Origin: Craspedostauros australis
Taxonomy: Eukaryota
Reading direction: 5' to 3'
Length of the DNA stretch: 32,717 nucleotides
Assembly: GCA_030167865.1 (NCBI GenBank)
Contig: JALAGF010002306.1
Location: forward strand, 62,001 to 94,717
The notes beneath the pieces were generated by a model. That model made no database searches. It saw only the letters and a program-made list of their open reading frames with translations, and was not told the origin of the DNA. How positions within the stretch are numbered: the stretch's first letter is position 1; each line of letters opens with the position of its first letter. Made by a program: the position numbers and the translations under genes. Shown in pieces: positions 1 through 11,400 of this stretch.

Positions 1-396
1 ATGGTTATAGTATTGGAACTAGCTGTATGGCAAATTATGCCAGAAGAGTTGTCATGAGTGTTGTAAACAACTGAACCATCATGGCCACCTGTGCAATACA
101 GTGGTCAGTCCAAAGACCACGCAGACCTTCATGTAACTACGACTTCAAATTTTGACGATGTCTACTTACATGAGCCACTCTCCTTGGAATGTTATTGCAT
201 AGAGAATCTACTGCGGAACAGCACTCTTCATCCGATCAACACAGACATTCCTCACTTCCTCCTTTCCCTCACGACCATCGTAAATATCATCATCATCATC
301 ATGACCAAATCAACTGCTGCCGTTCGATTCGCTTCGTCTTGGAGTACTCCACGATACTTCGCATTCCCTCACTTGACTTGACTTCACTTCATCTCA

Positions 397-2124
397 TTAT
401 CCACGCGCCTTCCGAAAGAACTGACGCACCGAACCCAACCACCGACGAATGCGTGGCAACGGACTCGAGATCTTGATCGCCCCCGTCTCCAAGCCTTGCT
501 GTATCAAACCAGCGATGAAACCGAGCACCGCGCCTGCCAGGATCAGCGTCAGCTCGTCCTCCTCAAAGATCGGATGCAGCACGCGCTCGAACTTGTCGGG
601 CGTCATGGCCTCCATCTTGACGCGCAGCGTCTCCTGCAGTCCCAGCGTCTTGTCCACGTACTTGTGCAGCACATGGACGTGGTTGGGCAGCTGCTCGATG
701 GTCTTGCCCGACATCATGCCGACCAGGCCGGCCTCCAACGGGCGTGCTGTCACCAATCCCGTGATGCCGTTGCACAATGAAGTGAAGTGCTTCGAAAACA
801 TGGAATGGAAGGCGGGCGTCGTGCTGGGATCGGTCAGGATAGAGTTCCACAAGCTCGCACTGTTCAGTATCCGCTGGGCAAAGAATTGGGAGAACTCGGC
901 TGCGACCTCCTTCTGCCGTCGCAGGAATTGTCCCTGCAACACGAAGGGGCCGATCTTGGTGGGGTTGACGGGTTCGAAGATCCATTTGAGAGCCAGCCAG
1001 TTGGTGGCCAATCCCACGATGCCACCGCCGATGCTGAGGGACCATGGATTCTCCCACACCAGCGCCACTGCCATCTGGATGAGGCCCAGCAGGAACCCGA
1101 ACCACAGGCCGCTGTTGGTGAGAAAGTCCAATTCCTTCTCTCCGCATCGGCGGAACAGCTCGCCCAGCTTGGCGCGATCCAGCAGCATCTGGTTGACCAC
1201 GCACGATTCCAAGTTGAAGACCTGGTCGATGTTGCGTTGCATGTCGATAACCAAGTTGGTCAGCACGCGGTGGTTCATCAATCTGAATGCGCCGCCCGTA
1301 GCGGTCGACATGCCGTTCCACAGAGCGCCGGGTACGGTCGTGAGAACGAAGTTGGGAAGGTTCGTGACGCCCCGCAGGATCTCGCCGCCCATCTTGGGGA
1401 CCTCGGGCTCCAACAAGGCCGCGCAAACGGCTGGATCCAATCGCGCGAAGGCCTGCTGGACGGTGAGCAACTGGGACGTGACCATGTCGACCATGGCGAT
1501 GCTCATGGTCCTTGTCTTGCACGGCACGATGCCTTGCCAACCCAACAGACCGAGCGGCACCTCCGGTCGTCGCCAGATGGGGATACCCCAGAATCCGACG
1601 GGGTAGAAGATCATTTGGACTGCGAGGTAGTTGGTGAACCAACCGACCAGGGCGGCGATGCAAGGGATCAGGAGGTAAGTCCCTGGACGGGCGATGAACT
1701 TGCGCTTGGCCTTTTGGAATATGTTGGGCTTCCGGGCTGACTCATCTCTTCCATCGTCGTCGCTTTGAACAGATACGTCGGCTTTGGTGGTCAATTGTGA
1801 GCTGCTGGCGGATGACCTTGATGGACGCCGCCGACGCGGATCTCGATTTGGATACGAGAATGCCGATGTCGCAATGTTCGAAGACGAGGAAAGCCGGCGG
1901 CTGTATTGGAGTCCGTGATCGGAAGGCACGTTTGCACTAGCACGAGGGAGACCGTGGAATGCCGATGGGAGGCTTCCACCTGTAGTTCGTCCTGAAGTGA
2001 ACGCATGAGAAGGCGATGTGCACGTCAACAAGATCAGCAACGCCGCTGTCCATCCCATCATGGGCAAAGCCGATGCTGCTCTCCCATCATGCCTCCTATT
2101 GGTAGTATGCTGGCTGAACTTCAT
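397..2124 (-). CDS. DUF445-like (UPF0754) membrane protein with predicted bipartite plastid-targeting presequence
   Basis: Intronless 575-aa ORF. Two copies of the DUF445-type motif (AALVGWFTNYLAVQMIFYP and GGIVGLATNWLALKWIFEP), GIVP after the first copy, and C-terminal EEDELTLILAGAVLGFIAGLIQ. The N-terminal hydrophobic stretch ends SHA-FT and is followed by an S/R-rich transit peptide. The true start may be a downstream Met (MMGWT). Confidence 0.8.
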   Translation of the reverse strand: MKFSQHTTNRRHDGRAASALPMMGWTAALLILLTCTSPSHAFTSGRTTGGSLPSAFHGLPRASANVPSDHGLQYSRRLSSSSNIATSAFSYPNRDPRRRRPSRSSASSSQLTTKADVSVQSDDDGRDESARKPNIFQKAKRKFIARPGTYLLIPCIAALVGWFTNYLAVQMIFYPVGFWGIPIWRRPEVPLGLLGWQGIVPCKTRTMSIAMVDMVTSQLLTVQQAFARLDPAVCAALLEPEVPKMGGEILRGVTNLPNFVLTTVPGALWNGMSTATGGAFRLMNHRVLTNLVIDMQRNIDQVFNLESCVVNQMLLDRAKLGELFRRCGEKELDFLTNSGLWFGFLLGLIQMAVALVWENPWSLSIGGGIVGLATNWLALKWIFEPVNPTKIGPFVLQGQFLRRQKEVAAEFSQFFAQRILNSASLWNSILTDPSTTPAFHSMFSKHFTSLCNGITGLVTARPLEAGLVGMMSGKTIEQLPNHVHVLHKYVDKTLGLQETLRVKMEAMTPDKFERVLHPIFEEDELTLILAGAVLGFIAGLIQQGLETGAIKISSPLPRIRRWLGSVRQFFRKARG

Positions 2125-2905
2125 GGTCGCTCAACTACCGATCCTGTTACACTCTTCTTTCAGTGACCTTTATCGGTGTTGCGCAGAAGTATTTCTTGGA
2201 GTATCCTATTGTATACTATTGTACGTATGAATCGTACTGGCACGAGTGTGTCTCTAGTTCGTTGAGGCTTTGAGTGACCTGCGTTGCGTATCTCGTGATG
2301 CTCCTTCGCAAGTACGCGCGCTCTTGCTTGTGTGATCGGCACAATGAAAGGTCTCTCTCACTGTTTGCCTGTTTGTTTCTGCATCGGCGCGTCCAGGCAG
2401 CGTGTGTTGGCGTCGTGTGCGTTGGTGGAGCACAACCGTTGACACCTCCAAAGATCTCTCGTCGAGAATTTGTCGCGTGACAGAACACGAAAAATCCCAA
2501 CAATGCCAATCGACGTCACGCTCGTGATTCACCATAGTATCCGCGATTGGATTGAGAACCAACCAAACCGAAATCACGTAACCCAAACAGAGAATCAAGA
2601 GAAGATCCCAAACCCCACAACCAAACCGAACTAGCAGGAGAGGAAGGCAAAGCGAAGCGAAGTCCTTCTCTCTCCATCCCCTCTCTGCTTTCTTCTCTCA
2701 CCGCAAAGAGCAAGGTACTCCATGAGCACTCCACGATACACAGCTTCAATCTTTGCTGCCGGTTGAAGTGTCTACGAGGACGAAGATCTGGCACCGCGTT
2801 GATCGGCATCTGCCATTCCGTTGTCATACATCTCAATCGAAGTGGAAAAGCCGAGAGCGCAACACCATCGCCGATTGTATCGAGGCGTCATTGACGAGAA
2901 ACACA

Positions 2906-4717
2906 ATGGGAGACAGCAACACCCAAAAGAACGTCCAGCCCAAGGAGGACAGCAGCGGCGATGTCGACGCCAAAGCCAAGACCCAGATGGAGGCCAAGGA
3001 AGCTGCCGCCCCACCACCGAAACGATCCAAATGGCAATCCCTGCTCGATGAAATTCTGCAATCCGATATCGCGGATCGAACAGATGACATCCGATCGCGG
3101 TACAAGGAAGCCACGCCGTACCCGCACACGCAGATCCAAAACCTGATGCAAACCACCTTCATCGAAAGCGTCAAGGACGAGATCAAATCTCATACCAAGG
3201 TCAACTTCAAGGAGTCCGACCTCTTCCGCGTCTACCAATCCATCGATCTGGCCAACTTGAAGCCGGGCACATTGCTGGCGGAGCATCTGCCAAACGTCAT
3301 GAAACTGCGGGAACTGCTCTACTCGCAGGAATGGCGTTCGCTCGTGGAGCGCTGGGCGCACTTGCCACCGTCCACGCTGACCGACAAGATCGATTGCGCT
3401 TGCAACTGCCACGCTCCAGGCTGCCATCTTCTGTGCCATGATGACGTCATCGGCAGTCGCAAGGTGTCCTACATCATCTACCTCACCGAGGATGATTGGG
3501 AGGAGGAAGAAGGTGGCTCGTTGGAACTCTATGCTCACCAGGGACTCGACGATCCAACCTCCAAGCCATTGCCCTTGAAACGGGTCTGGCCAACATTCAA
3601 TAGCATGGCATTCTTCGTCGTGGATCCGGGCAAATCCTTCCATGCCGTCCAGGAAGTTGTGGGCACCCGTCCCAGGCTCAGCTTGCAGGGATGGTACCAT
3701 GCTGCGGAGCCGCCGGCCAATCTGGAGCAGGCCACGTTGCAGCAGCTCAAGGCTCTGCGCTCGGATGCAACCGAACAAGCATCAGCCGGACAGGATCAGC
3801 TTTTGAGTGCTGACGACGAAGCACCATTCACGGAAGAGGATCGCGAGTTTCTGTCCCAATACCTCCACGGCGAGTACCTCAGCGAGAAATCGATGGAAGA
3901 TATCGCCACGAAATTCGAGGAGGACTCCAGCGTCCAGCTGCGCGACTTCTTCCTCGCGAAGTGGGCGCCCAAGCAGGAGTACACCAAGCAACCATTCACT
4001 GATGACTACTACAATTCGGGAATTACCGCCGACTGGACCGTCCAGGGTCCGGCCCACATGCAACGATACTTGGAATATAAGCCTCAGGGTACCGTGGAAC
4101 CAACGGACTCCATCGAATCGCTCCTCCATCAGCTCCGCACCAAGGTTATGGAATCGAAGCAGCTGGCGCGCTTCTTCAAGCGCGTCACGTCGCTGCACTG
4201 CGAATCCATCCAGACGAGCAAGATCCGCCGCTTCCGTCCAGGCCTCGACTACACCGTCGCGCACTACGGGCTGCTTGTCGACAAGCCGGTCTTGGACGCG
4301 ACCGTCTGCTTTGTCAATGACGACAACGGCGACGACAAGCAGGCGTGGGAATCCGGCGACGTCGGAGGATTCGAATGTTACATCGCAGCGGACGATGAAG
4401 ACGAGAAGGAAGGCGCAGCCAAGGGCACCGAGCAGCAGCACGGTCCTGCCGACGAGTACAACGAGGATGACGACACCCAGTTGCTCAGCGTGAGTCCAAG
4501 CAACAACACCTTGAACTTGGTTTATCGCGACCCCGGAACGTTGCGATTCGTCAAGTACGTCAGCCATTCGGCGCCCAGCTCACGCTACGACATCTCCATG
4601 GAGTACACTGTCACAGATGACGACGATGAAGATGAAGACGACGGTGGTGAAGACGCCGATCAGGAGCAAAAGACCGCCGCAGAAAACGATGGCGACAAAA
4701 AGCCAAAGGCAGCCTAG
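2906..4717 (+). CDS. OGFOD1: Prolyl 3,4-dihydroxylase, OGFOD1/Tpa1/Ofd1 family (2OG-Fe(II) oxygenase plus C-terminal degenerate domain)
   Basis: First ATG in the 654-aa ORF is at 2906 (MGDSNT). Motifs: LLCHDDVIGSRKVSYIIYL (HxD), GGSLELY, SFHAVQEV (distal His), RLSLQGWY (2OG-binding Arg). The second domain has RRFRPGLDYT, GGFECYI and LNLVYRDPGTLRFVKYVS. Confidence 0.92.
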   Translation: MGDSNTQKNVQPKEDSSGDVDAKAKTQMEAKEAAAPPPKRSKWQSLLDEILQSDIADRTDDIRSRYKEATPYPHTQIQNLMQTTFIESVKDEIKSHTKVNFKESDLFRVYQSIDLANLKPGTLLAEHLPNVMKLRELLYSQEWRSLVERWAHLPPSTLTDKIDCACNCHAPGCHLLCHDDVIGSRKVSYIIYLTEDDWEEEEGGSLELYAHQGLDDPTSKPLPLKRVWPTFNSMAFFVVDPGKSFHAVQEVVGTRPRLSLQGWYHAAEPPANLEQATLQQLKALRSDATEQASAGQDQLLSADDEAPFTEEDREFLSQYLHGEYLSEKSMEDIATKFEEDSSVQLRDFFLAKWAPKQEYTKQPFTDDYYNSGITADWTVQGPAHMQRYLEYKPQGTVEPTDSIESLLHQLRTKVMESKQLARFFKRVTSLHCESIQTSKIRRFRPGLDYTVAHYGLLVDKPVLDATVCFVNDDNGDDKQAWESGDVGGFECYIAADDEDEKEGAAKGTEQQHGPADEYNEDDDTQLLSVSPSNNTLNLVYRDPGTLRFVKYVSHSAPSSRYDISMEYTVTDDDDEDEDDGGEDADQEQKTAAENDGDKKPKAA

Positions 4718-4794
4718 ACTTCATGAATCCATCGTATCACCGTTGAGTATTGTGAGTAGATATGATTGGCGGTTGACACTTGACATTTGATTGA

Positions 4795-4846
4795 TGTCGA
4801 TGTGTTGTCGAAGTGTTGTCGATGTGTTGTCGAAGTGTCGTCGAAG
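4795..4846. repeat. 11-bp minisatellite (TGTCGAWGTGT), about 4.5 copies
   Basis: Read directly: tgtcgatgtgt tgtcgaagtgt tgtcgatgtgt tgtcgaagtgt cgtcgaag. Confidence 0.85.
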
Positions 4847-4879
4847 ACCAAACAAATCACTTCCTCCTTCACGGCGCAG

Positions 4880-5500
4880 TGTCGACACAGCCGGCAGCCT
4901 CTGGCGTTCAGAACATCGATGTCAGCGCCGCAGCAATCGACCAAAAACTTGACATTTTGAGGTGGCCCTCGTTGGTCGCACAGTAAAGCGCAATGTGGCC
5001 ATGTTTGCGTGCAGATTTCGTTGACTGATATCCGCTTTCGCTGATTCTATCAACCAATGCACGATATTGCTGTAGCCAAGAATGCTTGCAAGATGTCGTA
5101 AAGTGTTATGATTACGGCCTTTGGCGTTCAAATCCAAATTGGGAGCTGCAATCAGACACTTGACTACGTCGAAATGATTGTGGAAATATGCTCTGAAGAT
5201 TGGGCCTCATGCCCGCAGTTCTCGACGTTGACGTTGACCTTGCCAGATTCAACCAGGTGCAATGCAATGCAGTCTCTCCATCCATGGATTCAGCGTTGAT
5301 GTCTGCCCCATACAACTCCATCAACTGTTTGATCGTTTCGAGCTGACCGTTGGAACACGCGATGGAGGGGAGTCTTGCCACGCTCGTCTTTGATCGTGTC
5401 GATGGAGGTATGTGGAAATGCTGTCTTCCATGCATTGAGGGTATCCGCACCTTCTTGTTCCTCGACATGTAGGAGACCCTTACAAGTAATCCTTGGCTCG
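4880..5500 (-). pseudogene. Frameshifted ankyrin-repeat pseudogene
   Basis: Ankyrin-like fragments are spread over different minus-strand frames: IACSNGQLETIKQLMELYGADINAESMDGETALH; HNHFDVVKCLIAAPNLDLNAKGRNHNTLRHLASILGYSNIVHWLIESAKADI; ALYCATNEGHLK; VKFLVDCCGADIDVLNARG. No continuous ORF and no splice sites that I could find to repair it. Boundaries are approximate. Confidence 0.8.
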
Positions 5501-6612
5501 GATGTATGTATCGCCAGGGGTCGACTTGAGTGAAAGGAGAGACGGTGAGGTTGGGGTTCGCGGTGGCCGAGCTCGGTGACTGCGGTTGCGCACTAGTGAG
5601 GCGAAGAGCCCAACGAGTGGAAGGAGAATGAAGACCATGGTGCAGCTGACCTTTCGTGCCGGGATGGACTGTTGCTTAGATCAGATCAATGCGACGGACG
5701 TTTTCGATACGATCGACTGCGTGCTTGGTTGACCAGAGTTTCTTGGACGCCCTTGTCCGCTGTTTGATGAGGCGTTCAGATGTTCCTGCGCGGTTAGTGG
5801 TGGTATCCAGTGCTCCACCTCGCATGGTGTGCACTACTCTAGATGGTATGGTACAATATCTGCGTCGCGTGTACGTTGATTGGTGTTTCGTGGTCTGCCT
5901 CATTTCACACACATTGCTGCCGTGGTGCGATGTACAAGTAGGTGCCACCGCGATGACTCCACCAACGTTGGCATCAGCATCAGCATCAGCGTGGACATCA
6001 TGTCGAGCGTGAGCGTGGGCATGAGCGTGGGTGCAGCCAGCCGTGGAAGAGATTGTTGATCGTGGTCACAGGTGTCGACATCAATCGCTTCATCCGCATT
6101 GATTTTCAAAACATGTTGTGTAACGTCTTTTACTCGTTCATTTTATTGATGACATGTGTGTCGGTTTCTGTATGTTTGTGTTTGTCTGTTTGTCGCTCAG
6201 TATCACAACTATTCTGTGACTGTCTGAAACTATCTGAGTCTGTGTCAGTTTGTCACATGTGATTTCTATTTTCAATGTATAAAATATACCGCTACTCCCA
6301 AATGAGCGACGTTTTGGAACAACCATGGCGGAACGCAAATAGCAGGATCGATGAAGACAGATGCAATCACCATTCTGCGATGGCTGGCTACATTGCTATA
6401 CTCGTACGCTGGCGTTGCGTGATTCTTCTGCGAGAGAACACTGGCAAATGCAATATAATATAATATTATTGTACTCTATGTGCTCTATGGTTAGTGTTGT
6501 GCTGCTCTACGCCACGTTCGATTGATTTATCACATTCTCTGGCCACGGTCGCCAGACTGAATGGTTCGTTATGGCAGATGGGCAACACGACTTTGCCTCC
6601 TCCATGCCATAC

Positions 6613-7383
6613 TCACATCGCATCGATGAGGTTATCCTTGTCCATTTCGTCACATGCCGCACACACGCTGATCCAGAACTGCTGTTCCTGAACATCGCGG
6701 AATGCCACCTTTGTGATGGTGCTGGTGTTGACGGAAGCTGATGACCGCGATGAAGCGACTGCTGTTGTCGTCGTGACCGTCGCAACCTTTTCGCTTCCAT
6801 TGACATTGGTGCGATAGATTCGGCGTTGCTGGGTTTGACCAGGCGAGGCATTGCGCCGACACTGGAGACGGCTGAACAAACTTCTGCCCTTGCCTGCTTG
6901 GATGACGTACTTTGGAACGAAGTGGACGGTGCTGTCGTGTTCGATGCAGTCCATTGTCCTGCTTGCTGTGAACACACCATATTCACGGCGATTGGCATCG
7001 AGTCTGCGCACGATGGCTTGCTTGTAGGCTCTGTGGGAACCGATCATGGTTGGCTGTTGCCTCTTGAATTGCGGGGCGTTGATGGCGTAGATGGTGTACG
7101 AATAGGTGGCGTCATCTTCGAGTGTGCGGATGCACAGTGTGTTGCATGCGCTCTTCGTATTCGAGTCGCGGCTCTGCAAGATGGCGTAGTTGGCGCTGCG
7201 GAGGCTGGACTTGCAGTTGATTGTGTCATTGACCGGCATCGAGGATGCTGGCTGTGCGGCAGAGAAGAGGTTGGTCGGGAATGTGACTTTCTGCTGCTTC
7301 AGTTGCTGCTGCGGCTTGTTGACCGATGCTGTTGTGCTGCTGGTGACGCTGGTTGCAGATTCGTTCATGATGGTGGCTACCAT
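6613..7383 (-). CDS. Hypothetical protein (~256 aa): low-complexity N-terminus followed by a probable globular domain
   Basis: Part of a 361-aa ORF. The ATG at 7383 (MVATIMNE) follows a 7-bp repeat tract that looks like UTR. Coding-like composition, ending in a helix-like FWISVCAACDEM. No family recognised with certainty. Confidence 0.6.
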   Translation of the reverse strand: MVATIMNESATSVTSSTTASVNKPQQQLKQQKVTFPTNLFSAAQPASSMPVNDTINCKSSLRSANYAILQSRDSNTKSACNTLCIRTLEDDATYSYTIYAINAPQFKRQQPTMIGSHRAYKQAIVRRLDANRREYGVFTASRTMDCIEHDSTVHFVPKYVIQAGKGRSLFSRLQCRRNASPGQTQQRRIYRTNVNGSEKVATVTTTTAVASSRSSASVNTSTITKVAFRDVQEQQFWISVCAACDEMDKDNLIDAM

Positions 7384-7407
7384 GGTTAGGATTGAACAGT
7401 GAATGGG

Positions 7408-7462
7408 TGATTGTTGATTGTTGGTTGCTGATTGTTGATTGCTGATTGCTGATTGCTGATTT
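7408..7462. repeat. 7-bp tandem repeat (TTGYTGA)n
   Basis: gattgttgattgttggttgctgattgttgattgctgattgctgattgctgatt, just upstream of the 7383 ATG. Confidence 0.85.
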
Positions 7463-7899
7463 TGTGAGGAAAGGAATAAGATGATGGGTTGTCTGTCGTG
7501 GTTTGGCTCTCTTTCTCTTGGCTTGTGTTGCTGATCCTCTGGATGTGGTGGTGGTGTTGCCTCTGCCAGTTTTCGATTTCTTGTGTGATTCGCAACCACA
7601 CGTAAGACCAACACTTCTTGTTCCAGCACTTCTCGCCTTGCCACAAGTGTCAACCATGAATGAGCCTCACTCACACATGGCTCCACGTTGTGACTCACAC
7701 ATGTTATCGTTGCCGGCTACAACTGTTGTTGACCGGTAACAACTGCTTTTGGCTGGTTGTTCGTGGCATTGGTTTCGCCGATAATCGTGTTCCGTTGTTC
7801 TCCAGCGAACACACCTATTTGTCCGTGATTCCTGACGGAAACGAGTTCTTTGTGAATACTACGAGCTACCATACGTTACTGGCTACGCGTCCGTATTCA

Positions 7900-8320
7900 T
7901 TCATGCACACGCAATCGCATTGGTAGATCGAACATCCATCCCCACAGGCTAGCGACTGTCCCCGATCCCGAACTACATCGTGACATGAGGCAAACGCATG
8001 TATGGACGTATGCAGCGTTGATCAACATCGGTGATATCAAATCCGTGTCCCATCCGCCTCTGAACTTTCGAGATACCTACGGAGTGCTCCCCAGGCACTT
8101 ACGATTACCGAACCTGTGTCGTCCCCCACGCTGTTGGCCATCTTCGCAAGTGCGATTAGGTCCGCTTACACGCGTTGCATCAATCCTTTGACTTCATCAA
8201 CGAAAACGCGAGGGTTCAGCGGAGTATGCTCGTTATCCAGCACATTGACAATTGGATCGAAATCGTCGCCTTCGTTATCAATCAAGTGTCTAACCGTATT
8301 GAGATTGCTGGTGGAAGAAT
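7900..8320 (-). pseudogene. Highly decayed ankyrin-repeat remnant
   Basis: Manual minus-strand translation gives SNLNTVRHLIDNEGDDFDPIVNVLDNEHTPL, then stop codons, then GFDITDVDQR, HDVVR and GMDVRSTNA. These resemble ankyrin helix-2, hairpin and TPL segments. Confidence 0.4.
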
Positions 8321-8420
8321 GGATTGTACCCACTTCGTTTCGTTTCGTTTCGCGCTTGACTTCTTTCGATGCTTTCGTTCTCTGTTAAGGCTTGTTGATC
8401 AACCCGTGTGATTACAGAAT

Positions 8421-11400
8421 CTAATCCCATTCGCCTTCGGCTGCATACATCGGAAATCGCATGGTCTCGATTTCATCATTCTCGTTGCAATCAATGCCAT
8501 TCCACTCACAAACGCTCTTGTCTGGATCCGTCTGCTGCTCCGACTTCAATTCAATGACTTCGTAGTATATAGCCAAGATATCCTCTTCCGTCAGTTTGAT
8601 GCATTCATGACTTCCCAAATACATAGTCGTGAATCCTGCCTCACATGGTTTGCAACCATCGGAGTGTGTAGCGTGTCCGGAATCGGAGTACGTTCCCAGC
8701 GGGCAGATGACCCCGTCACAGCCGTACATGCGGGTCAGACCGCTGTTAATGTTGGTGTTGGTACAAAGAGTAGATGGGATAGGATCGTATATCATGTTGC
8801 CGCCCAACCGGAAGTCCTTGAGCGATTGCGAGCTGCTGAACGACGCAGGTATAGTCCCGTGGATACGGTTGGCTGATATGTCGAACCACGACAAGAACGG
8901 CAGATGGCCGAAGCTGAATGGAATCGTCCCTGTGAGCTTGTTCATCTTGAGATGTAGGATTTGGAGAGACTGGAGCGTCGCCAGAGAATTTGGAATGCTC
9001 CCAACAAGGTCGTTGTTGAACAAGTCTATCCGTCCCAGAGGACGCCATCGGGTTGGGAAGGGTTTGACGTGGCACAGTGCGTTGCGATCAACACAGTGTG
9101 CAAATGCAGGTTGTACCGGAATGGGTAGAAACGAGCGCACAGGTATCAGAAAGTGAAAGGAATCATCGCTGGTGAGCAATTGCGAACTGGACGTTGTCAT
9201 CATAGCCAGTGACAGTGAGCAAACATCGCCAACGCGGCACATCATTGCGCCGGCGGCATGCAGCGCATCCAACAGAGTAATCGCCAGTCAAAGGACTCAC
9301 CCACTCGCTTGAGATTCGCACATCTGTACAGCGTCGACGGGATACTGCCGGTGAGTTGATTGCCGTACAGCTCGAGGTTCTCCAAAGACATCATGTGTCC
9401 GATCTGACTTGGGATGTTGCCAGTAAGCCGCATTCTTGACAGCATGAGTTCCTTCAGGTGTGTCATAGTTTGGATGCTGGTGGGGATGCTCCCCGACAGC
9501 GGGTTCGTGCTCAGATGTAGCTTTTCCAATCCCGTCATGGCGAACAGCTCCGATGGCACGGAGCCGCTCAATCGGCAACCCGCGAAGCTAAGGTACCTCA
9601 ATGTCGACACCTTGCTAAGTTCCGACGGGATGTTGCCCTTCATGCTCTGACAGCCGGACATGTCGAGATACCTTAACCGGGACATCGCGCCCAGTTCGGT
9701 GGGGATCGTGCCCTGCATGAACTGCCTCTTCTTCAGGATGATCACTTCCAGATTCGAAATTTGCGCGATTTCCGCTGGAAGTCCGAGACAATCCTTCGCG
9801 TCGTCGGAGTCCCGCCCGCTGACGCCACAGACAGCCGCTTCCGACAGATCGATCTGGACGATGCTGCCGTACATGGTGAGGACGCCGTACAATTCTGCAG
9901 ATGGGGTCTTGAGGTTGGCCCACTCTTTGAATGATGTGCCCCATTCCTCTCCTGCGTTGTTGACGTACAGGAGGTTGAGAATTTCACGGTCGCTGAGCTT
10001 GCCATCGCCATTCAGATCGCCGTACTTGAAGCTCACACCCTCGCACGATGTTCGACCCAGTACCTTTTGGAGCACCGTGTCAGTTTCGTTGTCTGTGCGT
10101 TCCACCTCGCTTTTTGGCGTCGGACATCGTCTGCAACTGGATTGCAGCGTCGCGGCGCCGAGTGGGTGAAAGTGGAGGGGCGGACAGAGGACGCTGTGAC
10201 AACCGAATCGCTTGTATAGCAGGGAGTCTTCCTTCGCCACTCTCAAGCAGAATCTGTCGGGGACGATGCCGGTGAGGACGTTCGCGGTCAAGTTTGCGCT
10301 GGTGAGGCTGGATAGTTGATTCAACTGGATTGGTAACCTACCGGTGAGCTGATTGCTGCTCAGATCAAGAATTTTCAGGACGGAGAGGCTTCCCACCTGC
10401 GCCGGTATGGTTCCCGTCAATTCGTTATGCGACAAGCCCAGTTGCTCGACGCATGAACCCAGGCCGAAGAAGAATTCCGGCGGTATGGTGCCCTGGATAT
10501 TGTTGTCATCTATTTGGAACGATCTCAGCTCCGTCATGTCGGCCCATTTGCCGCCTGATGGCGCGTCGGTGCGTATTCTGCCGATGCCAGGGAGGATGTC
10601 ATCGCCTCTCGGGATGATGCCAGCGATCTTGTTGTGGCTGACATCGAACACTCTGAGTTTGGAGAGCTTGACGATGCTTGAGGGTATGCTTCCCTGGAGT
10701 CTGTTGCCGCCGAGTCTGATTTCCTTGACGAACTCGAGCCTCATCCATGACCGAGGTATGGATCCGGAGAAGTAGTTGTTGCTGAGATCGATCGTCTCGA
10801 TATTCTCCATCATGCGCATTTGCTTCGGCAGAGTTCCTGTGATGGAGTTGTCCTGAAAATTGAGATGCTTGAGCCTCTTCGAGGCTGGTCCGTAATCGTT
10901 CGAGATGGTTCCCACGATGCTGTTAAACGACGCGTCGAAGGAGGTCAGAGTAGGCATCGTCGACAGGTTCGGCACCGTCCCGCCAATCTTGTTTCGGGAG
11001 ATGTCAATAGTCTTGATTTTCTGGAGATCCAACAGAGACTCCGGTATCGTGCCGGACAGCTTGTTGTTCCGCAGGACCAGCGTTTGCAGGTTGTTGAGCT
11101 CTCCGATTTCCTCCGGTATCGTCCCTTTCAACTCATTTTCTGGAGTTTGTGCGGGGTGAGGATGGATGATTGCGCAAGCGCGGGAGGTGTGTAGAGTGTT
11201 GATACGTGGAGTACAGAAAGCGAATGAGTTTAATGGATGGATGGAATGGCCGCAAGATGCTTTCATTCGTAGAGGAAGCGCAACCACTGCAGCTGCGGCG
11301 GCACATTCGCGAATGGACGCAGATGCAAACGTAGCAATGGGGATGTCCTTGGTCTTGGCATGTGAACGAGCAGCCAAGTGAACACCAGTACACATTTCAC

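Noticed and set aside
1-390. Short ORFs and a faint ankyrin-like fragment at the window start
   Set aside because: The signal is too weak; probably the 3' flank of the DUF445 gene or intergenic sequence.
449-1740. Long antisense and alternate-frame ORFs (385, 317 and 366 aa) over the DUF445 gene
   Set aside because: Shadow ORFs expected from GC-rich third codon positions; no recognisable motifs.
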